Shown: positions 1 to 10,775 of the stretch, one piece after another
Layout: the number at the start of each line of letters is the position of its first letter
Numbering within the stretch: position 1 is the first letter of the stretch
From: Candidatus Cloacimonadota bacterium
Lineage (GTDB): Bacteria > Cloacimonadota > Cloacimonadia > G963667145
Assembly (NCBI GenBank): GCA_963667255.1
Contig: OY762940.1
Coordinates: forward strand, 159,485-223,484
Reading direction: 5' to 3'
DNA length: 64,000 nucleotides
The notes under the pieces: generated by a model
Databases searched by the model: none
What the model was told of the DNA's origin: nothing
What the model saw: the letters and a program-made list of their open reading frames with translations, nothing else
Position numbers and translations under genes: made by a program

Positions 1-891
1 ATAAAGACCTTTAGATATCGAAATTGAAGAAATTCTATCTGTTATCAGGGTAAAAAAAGAGAAAATAAAAACAAAAATAACAAAAACATGGCTTATTATT
101 CTTACAATAAATGAAAAATTTGCACCATAATTTTGCAAAAATAGCCAAAGAACATCTTTCCCGTAGCTACAGATAGAACTCCGAGGAGTTATCGCTCTAA
201 TTAGTAAAAGATCTGAATACGATATAAAAAAATAAAGCAAAGACAAAGACAAAATTGATATTAAAAATAATACACTTTTCCCCCTCTTTAGTTTTAAAAA
301 AATTGTGACAGCAAAAATAGGGAATAATTTCAAAGCAACTCCCAATAAAATTAAAATAGCCGATATTTTATAAAATTTTTGAATTAATGATACCGATAAA
401 ATTACAATAAAAAATATTATCAAATCAATGTTCCCCCTTTCAATCCCTAAGAGTACTGCTGGAGATAAAATAGCAAAAAAAATCGCACCAACAGTTTTAT
501 TATTAGCTCTTGAAAGTATAATAAAAATACCGCAAAAAAACAAAATTATTGAAACTAAGCCAAAAAAAAAGGTATGTTCAGTATTCAAACCAAAATATGA
601 CAAACAAAGCCAAGTTCTTGGATAATTGTAAGGTATTTGATCAAGGAAAACACAATTTTTAGGCATAGGGTCAAAACCTAAAGCAAAAGTTTCTACACCA
701 TGAGTAATTACTTTAGAATCAGCAAAATAACAAGAGGCAACAGGAACATTCCATAATCTCCAAGTTTTATTATAACCATAGAATTTAAACATAAAAGAAA
801 AAAAAACTATCAATACTAAAAAAAATAATATTACTTTTTTCTTAGGTCCCATATCTAAAATTTTATTATAACAATTCCCAAATAGTCTCAC
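1..891 (-). CDS. Polytopic membrane protein, GT87/DUF2029-like glycosyltransferase (runs off the window edge)
   Basis: Manually translated on the minus strand from GTG 891 (or ATG 852): ...PYNYPRTWLCL...LSPAVLLGIERGNIDLIIF...; very hydrophobic; not in the ORF track because no stop is reached in the window. Confidence 0.6.
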   Translation of the reverse strand, partial: MRLFGNCYNKILDMGPKKKVILFFLVLIVFFSFMFKFYGYNKTWRLWNVPVASCYFADSKVITHGVETFALGFDPMPKNCVFLDQIPYNYPRTWLCLSYFGLNTEHTFFFGLVSIILFFCGIFIILSRANNKTVGAIFFAILSPAVLLGIERGNIDLIIFFIVILSVSLIQKFYKISAILILLGVALKLFPIFAVTIFLKLKRGKSVLFLISILSLSLLYFFISYSDLLLIRAITPRSSICSYGKDVLWLFLQNYGANFSFIVRIISHVFVIFVFIFSFFTLITDRISSISISKGLY

Positions 892-906
892 CTAAATCTC
901 CATTTT

Positions 907-1539
907 TCATTTTTTATACTCTATCGCCTTCTTTGGACAATCGAACACACATTCCATACATTTCAAACAATCTTTGTTATTTATTTCCAACGCATCTATA
1001 TTTATCAAATTCAGCGGGCATTTTTTTTCGCACAGTTTGCATTTGATGCATTTCTCTTCATCGATAAGCAAAACCTTTTTGCTCAATTTTATCGAGCTCG
1101 TCAAAGTGCCAATCGGGCAAAAACTGCACCAAGTTCTTCTCCCAAAAATTATCGCCAAAACTATCCCCAGAGCAGTCGTTATCACACACATCAGCCAAAA
1201 AGTTTTTCCCCAGTGATAAATATTGCCGATATTCTGCGACAAGCGAAAACCCATAAAGCCCATCAGAAGCACAAAAATAGTCCAGCGAAAGCATTTGTTT
1301 TGAGTGTAAGTCAAAGCGAATTTTTTGTTCAAACTGATTTTGTCGAAAATTCTGTCAAAAAAAGCTCCTCGCGGACAAAAATTGCCACAGAAAAATCGAC
1401 CCTTAAACGAGCTGAACAAAATCGCCGAAATCATCACGATGGGAACGGAAAACCCCAAAAGCGGATAGCGATGACCGAAACAAATCACCACCACTACTAC
1501 CCACAACAAAATTCCCTGAAAAAATTTTCTTTTTTGCAT
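907..1539 (-). CDS. Membrane 4Fe-4S binding protein (NapH/MauN-like polyferredoxin)
   Basis: GRFFCGNFCP and RRTWCSFCP motifs, TM helices, two C-terminal CxxCxxCxxxCP motifs. Confidence 0.85.
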   Translation of the reverse strand: MQKRKFFQGILLWVVVVVICFGHRYPLLGFSVPIVMISAILFSSFKGRFFCGNFCPRGAFFDRIFDKISLNKKFALTYTQNKCFRWTIFVLLMGFMGFRLSQNIGNIYHWGKTFWLMCVITTALGIVLAIIFGRRTWCSFCPIGTLTSSIKLSKKVLLIDEEKCIKCKLCEKKCPLNLINIDALEINNKDCLKCMECVFDCPKKAIEYKK

Positions 1540-1817
1540 AAATATCTAACCCCCAAAACTTTTCCCAAAACAAAATATCGACCATAATATGTAAACAGAT
1601 TTTCTCAATATTTCCCCAAAAAGAAACCCTTTTTTTATAAGAGCTAAATATTGGGTAAGTTAGTCCAAAAGTCAAATAGAAATCGAACACGACTGTTTTA
1701 ATTTTATCACGGAAAAAAGAGAATTTGTTTGACTGCTAATTAATAGGTTTTTTTTTGATTTAGCGTTGTCTCTCGCTGATTGGAGAGGGGAATCGATTTT
1801 AATTTAAGGGATTTATT

Positions 1818-2765
1818 ATGGATAAGATTTGGGTTAACGATTTGCACACTCACTTGGGTGATGCCGATGTAGTTTCTTCCTTTTTGGTTTGCGAAAAAAA
1901 CCTGCGTGAGGGCAAAAGAGGCTCGTATCTTCGGATGCGTCTTTCGGACAAAACTGGTGAAGTGGTGGCAAATGTGTGGAGCAATGCTCCAGCTTTGGAA
2001 AAGTTGTTTGAAAAGGGAGATGTGGTAAAGGTAAAAGGGGTAGTAGCCGAGTATCGTGACCAAATACAATTCACTGTGAACAAACTGCGAAAAATGGGCG
2101 AAGACGAATACGATTTGGGAGACTATATGCGGAGCTCGGAAAAAAATTCTAACGCTCTTTTGGAGGAGTTATACGGGTTTATACAAAAAGTGGAAGATGA
2201 ACAGATTAAGGTTTTGCTTACCAACATCTTTGAGAATCAGGAGTTTTTGGCAAAATTCAAGAAATGTCCTGCCGCAAAAAATTGGCATCACAACTATCTT
2301 GGCGGACTCTTGGAACACACTGTCAGCGTAACCAAGATTTGTGATTTTGCCGGCGAGATGTATCCAGTAAACAAGGATATTTTGTTGGCAGGCTCGCTTT
2401 TGCATGACATCGGCAAGGTTTTTGAATACGAAGTTACTTCCGTTATCGATTTTACGGATGAAGGCAGATTGGTAGGTCATCTGTGCATTGGAGACGATTT
2501 TGTGGTGCAAAAAGCCAGCGAGATTGCCGATTTCGATGCCAAGATTTTGATGAAAATTCGCCATATGATTTTGTCGCATCACGGAGAGATGGAAAAAGGT
2601 GCTGCTCGACTTCCGCAAACCTTGGAGGCGATGATTTTGCACTATGCGGACAATATGGATGCTCAAGCTGTGGGCATTTCTCAATTGATAAATGCGGTGC
2701 AAAAATCTGATGCCAAATGGACGGAGTATAACGCAATTCACAACAGGTATTTTTACATCGGTTAG
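1818..2765 (+). CDS. yhaM: OB-fold + HD domain 3'-5' exoribonuclease YhaM/Cbf1
   Basis: N-terminal OB fold (LSDKTG), HHNYLGGLLEHT, LLHDIGK, ILSHHG, LHYADNMDA. Confidence 0.9.
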   Translation: MDKIWVNDLHTHLGDADVVSSFLVCEKNLREGKRGSYLRMRLSDKTGEVVANVWSNAPALEKLFEKGDVVKVKGVVAEYRDQIQFTVNKLRKMGEDEYDLGDYMRSSEKNSNALLEELYGFIQKVEDEQIKVLLTNIFENQEFLAKFKKCPAAKNWHHNYLGGLLEHTVSVTKICDFAGEMYPVNKDILLAGSLLHDIGKVFEYEVTSVIDFTDEGRLVGHLCIGDDFVVQKASEIADFDAKILMKIRHMILSHHGEMEKGAARLPQTLEAMILHYADNMDAQAVGISQLINAVQKSDAKWTEYNAIHNRYFYIG

Positions 2766-2771
2766 CAGCCT

Positions 2772-3563
2772 ATGTTTCAAGTGGCAATGCTTTATTCCGG
2801 AAGCAAGGGCAATGCTTGCCTTGTCAAGACCGATAAGACGAAACTCGTAGTGGATATAGGATTTAGCGGGAAAAGGTTTTTGCAATCGTTGTCGGAGTTG
2901 TCTTTGGATTGCAAGAAATTGGACGCCGTGGTAGTTTCGCACGAACACTCCGATCACATTGCAGCCGTGGGGATAGTCGCCAGAAAACTGAATTTGCCAG
3001 TTTATCTCACGGAGAGGACTTATGCGAGTTGCAAAGAGAGATTGGGCAGGTTGCCTAGAGGAGTCAAATATTTTGTTTCCGGCAAAAAATTTGAGATTGG
3101 CGATGTGGATATAGACCCTTTTACCAGTAGCCACGACGCTGTTGACCCTTGCAATTTTGTCTTTACCAAACAGGAAGATTTGGCGGAGAGGAAGCTGGCT
3201 CTTGCCACGGACAACGGCTATATTTCCAAGATTTTGTTGCACAAACTCAAGGATTGCACTACGCTTATTTTGGAGTCGAATCACGACAAAAATATTTTGC
3301 TCACCTCGGGGAACTATCCTTGGGAGTTGGTGCAGAGGATTAATAGCAGAGTTGGGCATCTATCCAACGAAGAAGCAGCGGGAGTGCTGTCGCAGGTGGT
3401 TCACACACGACTGAAAAGGGTGATATTGGCACATCTGTCTGCGGAGAACAATTTGCCTGAACTGGCATTGTCTTCTGCCAGAGATGTTTTGAAAATTTTC
3501 GGTAATAGTGCCGAGGTTGTTTTGGCGAGACAAGAGAAATCGACTAAACTTTTGGATATTTAA
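2772..3563 (+). CDS. MBL-fold metallo-hydrolase, YycJ/WalJ family
   Basis: SGSKGN, SHEHSDH, SHDA, ESNHD, GHLSN, LAHLS motifs. Confidence 0.9.
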   Translation: MFQVAMLYSGSKGNACLVKTDKTKLVVDIGFSGKRFLQSLSELSLDCKKLDAVVVSHEHSDHIAAVGIVARKLNLPVYLTERTYASCKERLGRLPRGVKYFVSGKKFEIGDVDIDPFTSSHDAVDPCNFVFTKQEDLAERKLALATDNGYISKILLHKLKDCTTLILESNHDKNILLTSGNYPWELVQRINSRVGHLSNEEAAGVLSQVVHTRLKRVILAHLSAENNLPELALSSARDVLKIFGNSAEVVLARQEKSTKLLDI

Positions 3564-3565
3564 GT

Positions 3566-4228
3566 ATGGAAATATTGAGAGCAGAAAAAATTTATAAATC
3601 CTACGAGGATGGAAATTCTCGTTTGCAGGTGCTGAACGGACTTGATTTGGTAGTTCACCAAGGGGAAACAACCATTATCACTGGAGAATCGGGCTGTGGG
3701 AAATCAACTCTTTTGCATATTTTGGGCAATTTGGATAGTCCGGATAGTGGTAGTGTTTTGTATAAAGGCAGACCTGTGGAAGACGGGAACAGGCTCCGTA
3801 ACGAGTTTCTGGGGTTTGTCTTTCAGTCGCACTATCTTTTGCAGGAGTTTACCGTTTTGGAGAATGTTGCAATGCCGGCGTTCATCAAGACAAAGGATAT
3901 GGCTCATAGCAAAAAAGAGGCACTGGAGATTTTGAAGATTTTGGGCTTGGAAGAAAAAAAAGATGCTTTCCCTGCGAATTTGTCTGGTGGTCAGTCTCAG
4001 CGGGTCGCTGTTGGGCGGGCGATAGTGAATAGACCGCATTTGATTTTGGCGGACGAGCCTTCTGGCAGTTTGGATAGCAAAAACAAGGATAATCTTGTTA
4101 ATATATTTTTGCAGTTATGTGAAAAGTTTGAGTTGGCTTTTGTAATCGTGACCCACAATTTGGAACTTGCGGACAAGATGGACAAACATTATGTTCTTTC
4201 TGACGGGATGTTAAGTTTACAGAAATGA
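3566..4228 (+). CDS. lolD: Lipoprotein-releasing ABC transporter ATP-binding protein
   Basis: Walker A GESGCGKS, LSGGQ signature, ILADEP, GFVFQSHYLL. Confidence 0.85.
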   Translation: MEILRAEKIYKSYEDGNSRLQVLNGLDLVVHQGETTIITGESGCGKSTLLHILGNLDSPDSGSVLYKGRPVEDGNRLRNEFLGFVFQSHYLLQEFTVLENVAMPAFIKTKDMAHSKKEALEILKILGLEEKKDAFPANLSGGQSQRVAVGRAIVNRPHLILADEPSGSLDSKNKDNLVNIFLQLCEKFELAFVIVTHNLELADKMDKHYVLSDGMLSLQK

Positions 4229-7200
4229 AATCTAAAAAGTGGCTGTTTATTGCGATAGCTATCTTATTGATAATCAACGGGATATACTATTTGCTCACCA
4301 ATATCATCGGGATTGATAATTTCATCAAAGACAGGTTGGAAGCGTCCCTCTCTTCTCGCACTGATTCCAAAGTAAGTTTGGAAAGAATCGATTACAACGA
4401 CAAAAAGGTTACAATCTTCGGGATTCACAGTGAAAATAAAAATTATTCTCTGAAAATTGAAAGCGTTACTTTGGAATACAATTTGCTGTTTTTGCCTTTT
4501 TACAAGGTTTTGCCACGGCGAACATTTAGCAAAATCTTGTTTTATCATCCGAGCTTTGTCCTCAAAAAAGGGGTCAATTTTCAGGGTAACAATCTCGGGA
4601 AATTGGATTTTGAAAAGGTTTTGTCTTCTTTGCCCAATTTTTCTGTAGTCGAGGGTAATTGCAGTTTTGAGATAGAGAAAGAGGACAAATTTTTGCTCAA
4701 AGATAAATTTGATGTTTTTTCCTGTAGCTTCGCGATGGACGAAAACAATAAAGCGACCTCCGAGGTTTATATTGCCTCGGATTCCCGCAAGCTAAATTGC
4801 AATTTGGCTTTTACTAATAACGAAATCGACTCAATTAATCTGCAGATAGATAGCTTTTCTTTGCCCAATTTAACACTTCATGGACTGGATTCTCTTCGGT
4901 TTGTTTTGGATGGCAGATTGGTAGGGAGCAAGAGCAAATTCAGTTCCGATTTGCGTTTGAGAGATTTTTCGGCAAAGGGTAAGCACTTCAATTTGTCGTT
5001 GCCAAAATTGGAATTGCTGGGGAACGAAGAGTATTTAAATTTCAATCTTCACGATGGTAAATTGTTCGGCATTCCGTTCGGGTTTGAAACTGCGTTTTCT
5101 CATTTTTTGCAAAGCGATGTGGAGATGTTCGGGAGCATTACCGTAAGCGACAGGCTGAAAATAGAGCAGTTTTCGGCAAAAAGAACAAAAAAGAAGAACA
5201 AAGAAGTTTGGGATATAACCAATGTTTTGTGTCTGGAGAACGAATTTTGTGGGAGCTTGGTTTATGGCACTGACGGGGTTTCGTTTGAATTGCAAGACAC
5301 TTCTTTCACTCTGAAAAAGGACGATTTCTACCTTAACAGTCCGCTGGGAATTTTCGCTTCTTGGAGTAGCAGTTCGGGATTTAAGGCGAATTTTTCCGGA
5401 GACAGCCTTGTTGTTAGTAGCAAGAATTTCATTTTTGACGAAGCGAAGTTGTCGGGAACTTTGGTGAAAGACACTTTCGGAGTGCTTTTTACCAAGAGAG
5501 ACAGTCTGATTCGAGTTGAATTTGCCGGTTCGTTCTTCTCCGATAGTTGCTCCGTTTCGCTTGAGACTCAGCAGTTTAATCCTAATTTGCTTTTGAAAAA
5601 TAAGATGAAGAATTTGCCTATGTGTCGGGTATCCTCCGAGGGAGAGTTGCGAAACAAGATTTTAAATTCCAAGATAGATATTTTTTTGGACGACCCGTAT
5701 TATGGGCTTGTGAGCGGTTCGTTCGGGTCTGATTTTTCTTACGACTTTTCACAAGGGCAACTTAGTGCGGGGCTTCGCAGTTACAAAGCGACTTTCAATT
5801 ACAATCTTTTTGATTTGGATATGAGTTTAGCGGGAAGTTTCGACAGTTTGAATATTTCTAATTTGTTGATTAACGCGAGAGTTAGGGGAAATTTTCTATT
5901 GCGAAGCGACAAGAAATACGCTTTTTCAGGAAGCTTTGTTGCGGACTCTCTGGAGCTCGCCAAGTGGCAGAAATATTTTAGCAAGCAATTTTTGTCCGAG
6001 GAACTTGGCGGAATTTTGAATGCGAAGTTTGTTTTGAACGAAAAGGGGAAAGTAAATTTTGATTTGCAAACAGAAGGATTTCGCTATGGCAATTGGCAAG
6101 GGTTTGACAGCAAGGTGTCTCTAGAGGGCAAGGTGGATTCCCTCCTTGTAAAAGAGGCGTTTGTGGTTAGTGGTGCTGACACTGTGGTCAAGGCGACCGG
6201 AGATTTTCTTGTTGATTCGCTGATGACGGTTAGTGGTATTTTCGATATAAATAATCTGAATTTGGCAAATTTGCAATCAAATAACAAGATTTGGAATGGG
6301 ATTATTTCGGGGAAAGTTGTGATGAACGATTTGGGGCAATTGCCTACTTTCGTCGGGAGTTTGCATTGTAGCGATTTTGCTTACAAAAACATCAAATTTA
6401 CCGATGTCAATTTGAGATTGCGACAAGAGAAAAAGAGTCTGATTTTTGAAAAAGGGGCTTGTATCTTCGAGTCCAAAAAAGAGAAATTGGAGTTGCAAGG
6501 AGAGTTGGGTTACAATCTTCTGAACGGCTCTGTTTACCCTTCCGATAAGATTTTGCAACTCTATTTTCAAGGAGATTTCTTGAATGTTTTGGCACAATTT
6601 GTTCCCGGGATGAAAAGCACTTCCTCAGATTCCCGCTTGGCTCTGAATATGCGAATGTCGGACGAGGGATTTAAGATAGAAGAGGGCATTTTTGCCTTGA
6701 AAAACGGGAAAGTTGTGATGTCTGGTCAAAAGGAGAAGCTCAAAAATGTGGAAGCTGAAATGAGGATTGTGAATGATAGCTTGTTCGTGGAGAAGATACA
6801 GGGCAAAATAGGAGACGGAAAGTTGAATATTAGCAACGGTTTCCCTAATCCCAAAACAGAGTTGATAATTGGCAATCTCAATTTAGGGACAGTTTACTTT
6901 TGGACGAGCGATGGCGAAGTCACTTGGCACTATCCCGACTATATGGACGACGATGCTGTCGGGAGTGTCGAGATTACGGGAATAGACTCTCCGAAAGGTT
7001 TCGTGCAAGGTCCGGCTGACGATATGCTGATAAGTTTTGAGTTGCGGGCTTCCGATTGGCAAGGGATGTTTCCCAAAAAATCCAAAAACCTGCTAAAATT
7101 AATTCAAGGCACTTTTGAGATGTCTAAACACAAAGATGGGAAAGATTTTCCGTTTTCTATGGATTTACTTTTGACGATAGGCGACAACGCTTATTACAAG

Positions 7201-8058
7201 ACATATCCGATGGACTTTTTGGTTGAGCCCGGAGGCTATTTGAGATTTCATTACGAAAAAGATGAAAAGTGGGAATTGACGGACGGGAATCTCAGTTCGG
7301 TGAGTGGAGATATGGAACTTTTTTCGGGAGTGTTTAGTGTGAAGACTGTTAAGTTGAAATTGTCTCAGAGCAATTCGTTTTTTGATTTGTCGGGCACATT
7401 TGAGGCTACGGCGATTGACGGGAACACGGTCTCTCTGAAAGTGAAAGTTATTGATAGGAATGTTTTTAGCCTTATTGACAATCTTGAATATGAGTTGTCC
7501 AGTTCCGACAGAAACTTGACCTCGGAGTTGCAGATTATCTCCTCTCTGAGCTATGACCTCTCCGAGGAGGAGAGCGGACTCTCGGGGAAAACCAGCCCTG
7601 TGGTCGGTGCTCAAGCGATGGAGTTATTGGGCGGAGCTGTGCAATCGCAGGTTTTAGACCCCTTTATCTCTCCGGTGGAGAATAGGTTACAAAGATTTTT
7701 GCGATTGGATTTGTTTCGGATTAAGTTTAATATCGTGCAAAATCTTTTGGAAGATTACGATGAACAGCAAAGCCTTACCAGCTCGGAAGAGAATAGTAGC
7801 AGTCGCAATGTTTTGCTGAATAAAATGAAGGTTATGTTTGGCAAGAGTCTTACAAATCGGTTGTTCTTTGTGTCGGAGATTAACTTGGAAGAGCCCGATG
7901 ACCCTTTGATGGAGGAGAAAGATTTGCTTTTAAATCAAAAAATCGGCTTCAAATATATTTTCCCGCACAACTTCCGCTTCCAATACGATTACAATTTTAG
8001 CGAAGATGCCGAGAATAATAGCTATGAAATCAATCTGAAAAAATCTATAGATTTCTAA
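4225..8058 (+). CDS. Large AsmA/TamB-like envelope protein
   Basis: 1277 aa, N-terminal TM anchor, beta-rich repetitive body, C-terminal ...YEINLKKSIDF typical of TamB-like proteins. Confidence 0.55.
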   Translation: MKSKKWLFIAIAILLIINGIYYLLTNIIGIDNFIKDRLEASLSSRTDSKVSLERIDYNDKKVTIFGIHSENKNYSLKIESVTLEYNLLFLPFYKVLPRRTFSKILFYHPSFVLKKGVNFQGNNLGKLDFEKVLSSLPNFSVVEGNCSFEIEKEDKFLLKDKFDVFSCSFAMDENNKATSEVYIASDSRKLNCNLAFTNNEIDSINLQIDSFSLPNLTLHGLDSLRFVLDGRLVGSKSKFSSDLRLRDFSAKGKHFNLSLPKLELLGNEEYLNFNLHDGKLFGIPFGFETAFSHFLQSDVEMFGSITVSDRLKIEQFSAKRTKKKNKEVWDITNVLCLENEFCGSLVYGTDGVSFELQDTSFTLKKDDFYLNSPLGIFASWSSSSGFKANFSGDSLVVSSKNFIFDEAKLSGTLVKDTFGVLFTKRDSLIRVEFAGSFFSDSCSVSLETQQFNPNLLLKNKMKNLPMCRVSSEGELRNKILNSKIDIFLDDPYYGLVSGSFGSDFSYDFSQGQLSAGLRSYKATFNYNLFDLDMSLAGSFDSLNISNLLINARVRGNFLLRSDKKYAFSGSFVADSLELAKWQKYFSKQFLSEELGGILNAKFVLNEKGKVNFDLQTEGFRYGNWQGFDSKVSLEGKVDSLLVKEAFVVSGADTVVKATGDFLVDSLMTVSGIFDINNLNLANLQSNNKIWNGIISGKVVMNDLGQLPTFVGSLHCSDFAYKNIKFTDVNLRLRQEKKSLIFEKGACIFESKKEKLELQGELGYNLLNGSVYPSDKILQLYFQGDFLNVLAQFVPGMKSTSSDSRLALNMRMSDEGFKIEEGIFALKNGKVVMSGQKEKLKNVEAEMRIVNDSLFVEKIQGKIGDGKLNISNGFPNPKTELIIGNLNLGTVYFWTSDGEVTWHYPDYMDDDAVGSVEITGIDSPKGFVQGPADDMLISFELRASDWQGMFPKKSKNLLKLIQGTFEMSKHKDGKDFPFSMDLLLTIGDNAYYKTYPMDFLVEPGGYLRFHYEKDEKWELTDGNLSSVSGDMELFSGVFSVKTVKLKLSQSNSFFDLSGTFEATAIDGNTVSLKVKVIDRNVFSLIDNLEYELSSSDRNLTSELQIISSLSYDLSEEESGLSGKTSPVVGAQAMELLGGAVQSQVLDPFISPVENRLQRFLRLDLFRIKFNIVQNLLEDYDEQQSLTSSEENSSSRNVLLNKMKVMFGKSLTNRLFFVSEINLEEPDDPLMEEKDLLLNQKIGFKYIFPHNFRFQYDYNFSEDAENNSYEINLKKSIDF

Positions 8059-8060
8059 AA

Positions 8061-10388
8061 ATGAAGGCTCCGTTATTTTTGCCTTTCCTTGCCTTGCTCT
8101 TGGGAATAGCTTTCGGGCAAATATTTTCTTGGGGTCTGTATTTCATCATCTTTGTTTTGCTCAATGTCCTTTTGGGATATTACACTCGAAAACCGATTTT
8201 CACTCTCATGGCGATTTTTTTCTTGGGCTCTCTATTAATCCAAAAAAATAGCAATCCCAGACATATAAAGAACTATCTCCAAGTGCCGATAGTTCAGCCG
8301 ATTACGGGCGAGATAGTTTCCGAGGTGACATATAGCAAAATCAGAGAACGCTACAGCTTTGTTTTGTCTTTGGAGAGAGTAGCAGGAGTGGAAACTGAGG
8401 GCTTGGTGAGGTTCGCCACAGAGCAGGCAGGACTAAGATACGGGCAGGTTGTGGAGTGTGTCGCAGAGCTCAAAACACCGGAAGGAGCGGTTAATCCATC
8501 GGGGTTTGACTATGCACAGCGTTTGGCACAGCAAGACATTTATGTCCTTGGCACTAACAAAACTCTATTTACTGTGGTTGAGCAACGAGGAAACATCTTT
8601 TGGCAAGCTGTTTACAGTGCTCGACAGTGGCTGCTGGATAGGATGGAAGCCCGCTACGGAGAGTATGCAGAGTTTTTGCAAACGATATTGCTTGGCAAAA
8701 AGATGGAAGATTTGGAACTGCGAGAACGGTTTACCAAAGCAGGCGTATCCCACATTTTGGCGATTAGCGGATTGCATATAGGCGTGATTTCGCTGATTGT
8801 TTTTTTGTTACTTCGACTATTTATCCCCAGAATTTGGATAGTGAGATTGGTAACTGTTTTGTTTCTGGTCTTTTATGCTGCTCTATGCGGTTTTACGCCG
8901 TCTGTCACCAGAGCAGTTTTGATGATTAGTTTGGGCTTATGGGCGATGCACTTGGAAAGATGCTTGGTTTTGGACAACATCGTAGCGGCTGCGGGCATCA
9001 TCATCCTAATAGTCAAACCCGTGTATGCTCTATCGATTAGTTTTCAGTTGTCATTCGTTGCGGTGTTGGTGCTAGCGAAGTTAGTGCCCAAAGTCCGCTT
9101 AAAATTCATCTTGTTGGGCGAGCAAAATCAATCACCATTCTTTCATAAATCTTTGTCACTTGCGATAAATTCAATGATGTGCTCATCCGTGCTGTGTTTG
9201 GCGATGACGCCTATAACCCTGTTCTATTTCAACCAGATAAATTTCAACGGTGTGTTTGCCAATCTGCTTTGTGTGCCGTTGGTCAGCGTCATTGTTCCTC
9301 TTAGCTTTGTGTGCTTATTTACACCGATTTTTTATGTGGAATACAGTTTGGCTCTCCAAGCGTTATTGGACTTGCTCTTTTGGTTCGTAAAAATCTTCGC
9401 TGGTTTCCCTTTTCATTATGGCAATGTCAGCAGTTCGTTTTTTTTGCCGGTGCTTATGAGTCTCATCTTTGCTTTTGTAGCTGTGTATTTAGGGAAAAGA
9501 TGGAAGAAGCTAAAGCTGGCGATAGCTTTCTTGTTGATTGCGATTTTGCCTTGGGGATATTTCATCCTTCCACGAGAGAGAAATCTGAGGATTACTTTTT
9601 TCGATTGCGGGCTTGGGGATATGACGCTCATTTCTACGCCAAACGGCAAAAACATTTTTGTGGATGTCGGACCTCCCGATTTTGTGCGGAGTTTCAGGAA
9701 AACTGCGTTGCCATATCTGGCGGACAAGGGGATAAAAAACATCGATTTTTTGGTGATAACTCACGCCCATAATGACCATTTCGGTGGTGTGTGGCATGCG
9801 TTCAATGAGCTGAATATTAAGAAAGTCGTTGTGACTAAGAACTTCACCAAGAGCAAGATTTGGAAGCGATTTGCGGATGCTGTGAATGCGGAGGGCAGTG
9901 AGCTTGTGGTTTTGCAGGATACAGGGAAATTGTATCAGGAAGCGGATTTGTTTATCAATGTGGTGCATCCGGCGAAAGACTTTTGGGATGCCGATATCAA
10001 CAATATGTCCATCGTTTTGCGACTGGATTATATGGAGTTTTCGGCTCTCTTGACGGGCGATTTGGAGAAAGAGGGAGAGGAGTTCATCTTGCCATTGTTC
10101 GATTTGGATTGTGATTTGCTCAAGGTCGGTCATCATGGGAGCAAGTCCTCCAGCACCAAGCCTTTTATCAAGGAGGTGAGCCCCGAGTATGCGTTTATTT
10201 TTACTTCTGTGAAAAATCGGTTTCATTTCCCGCACAATAAGACTTTGCGGGCTTACGATTTTTTGGGAGACAATCTATTCATCACCGGAGAGAGCGGTGC
10301 TATCGAGATTTCTACCGATGGGCATTCCGCACATTTCAAGACTTATAAGAGCAAGAGGGAGTTTACCGATTTTACTTTGGATGAGTAA
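8061..10388 (+). CDS. comEC: DNA internalization competence protein ComEC/Rec2
   Basis: NPSGFDY, GVSHILAISGLHIG, PSVTRA, SFQLSF; C-terminal MBL domain THAHNDH, LKVGHHGS. Confidence 0.95.
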   Translation: MKAPLFLPFLALLLGIAFGQIFSWGLYFIIFVLLNVLLGYYTRKPIFTLMAIFFLGSLLIQKNSNPRHIKNYLQVPIVQPITGEIVSEVTYSKIRERYSFVLSLERVAGVETEGLVRFATEQAGLRYGQVVECVAELKTPEGAVNPSGFDYAQRLAQQDIYVLGTNKTLFTVVEQRGNIFWQAVYSARQWLLDRMEARYGEYAEFLQTILLGKKMEDLELRERFTKAGVSHILAISGLHIGVISLIVFLLLRLFIPRIWIVRLVTVLFLVFYAALCGFTPSVTRAVLMISLGLWAMHLERCLVLDNIVAAAGIIILIVKPVYALSISFQLSFVAVLVLAKLVPKVRLKFILLGEQNQSPFFHKSLSLAINSMMCSSVLCLAMTPITLFYFNQINFNGVFANLLCVPLVSVIVPLSFVCLFTPIFYVEYSLALQALLDLLFWFVKIFAGFPFHYGNVSSSFFLPVLMSLIFAFVAVYLGKRWKKLKLAIAFLLIAILPWGYFILPRERNLRITFFDCGLGDMTLISTPNGKNIFVDVGPPDFVRSFRKTALPYLADKGIKNIDFLVITHAHNDHFGGVWHAFNELNIKKVVVTKNFTKSKIWKRFADAVNAEGSELVVLQDTGKLYQEADLFINVVHPAKDFWDADINNMSIVLRLDYMEFSALLTGDLEKEGEEFILPLFDLDCDLLKVGHHGSKSSSTKPFIKEVSPEYAFIFTSVKNRFHFPHNKTLRAYDFLGDNLFITGESGAIEISTDGHSAHFKTYKSKREFTDFTLDE

Positions 10389-10775
10389 GGGCTGTTTGGG
10401 CTGCTTGCTCCTCTCCCTCATACCCGTGGAAACGGGTATCCATTCTTGTTTTCGTGCTTAGTCCTCTTACTTGCTCTCCAAAAAAATTATCCATTATCAC
10501 TTATTAATTATCAATTGCACTTGCACTTGTGCCAGTATCCATTCTTGGCTCGTTTCTCTGACCACATCTGACCACTAAAATGTAGCCTCTAAGATTAACT
10601 TTATTTGTATGCATTCCCAAGCCTGTCAAGCATAATGAAATTGTGCTTGGCTGGAGCTTGGGAACGAGGAGGGTATGGGCTTCTTGCTGTTCTTCGTCCT
10701 CTTACTTGCTCTCTCCGAAAAAATTATCCATTATCACTTATTAATTATCAATTGCTCTTGCACTTGTGCAAGTGC
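10389..10775. repeat. Intergenic hairpin mosaic 1
   Basis: ATACCCGTGGAAACGGGTAT at 10420-10439, ATTATCA/ATTATCC heptamers, TGACCAC module, expanded REP at 10607-10668; near-identical to ~18810-19110. Confidence 0.85.
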
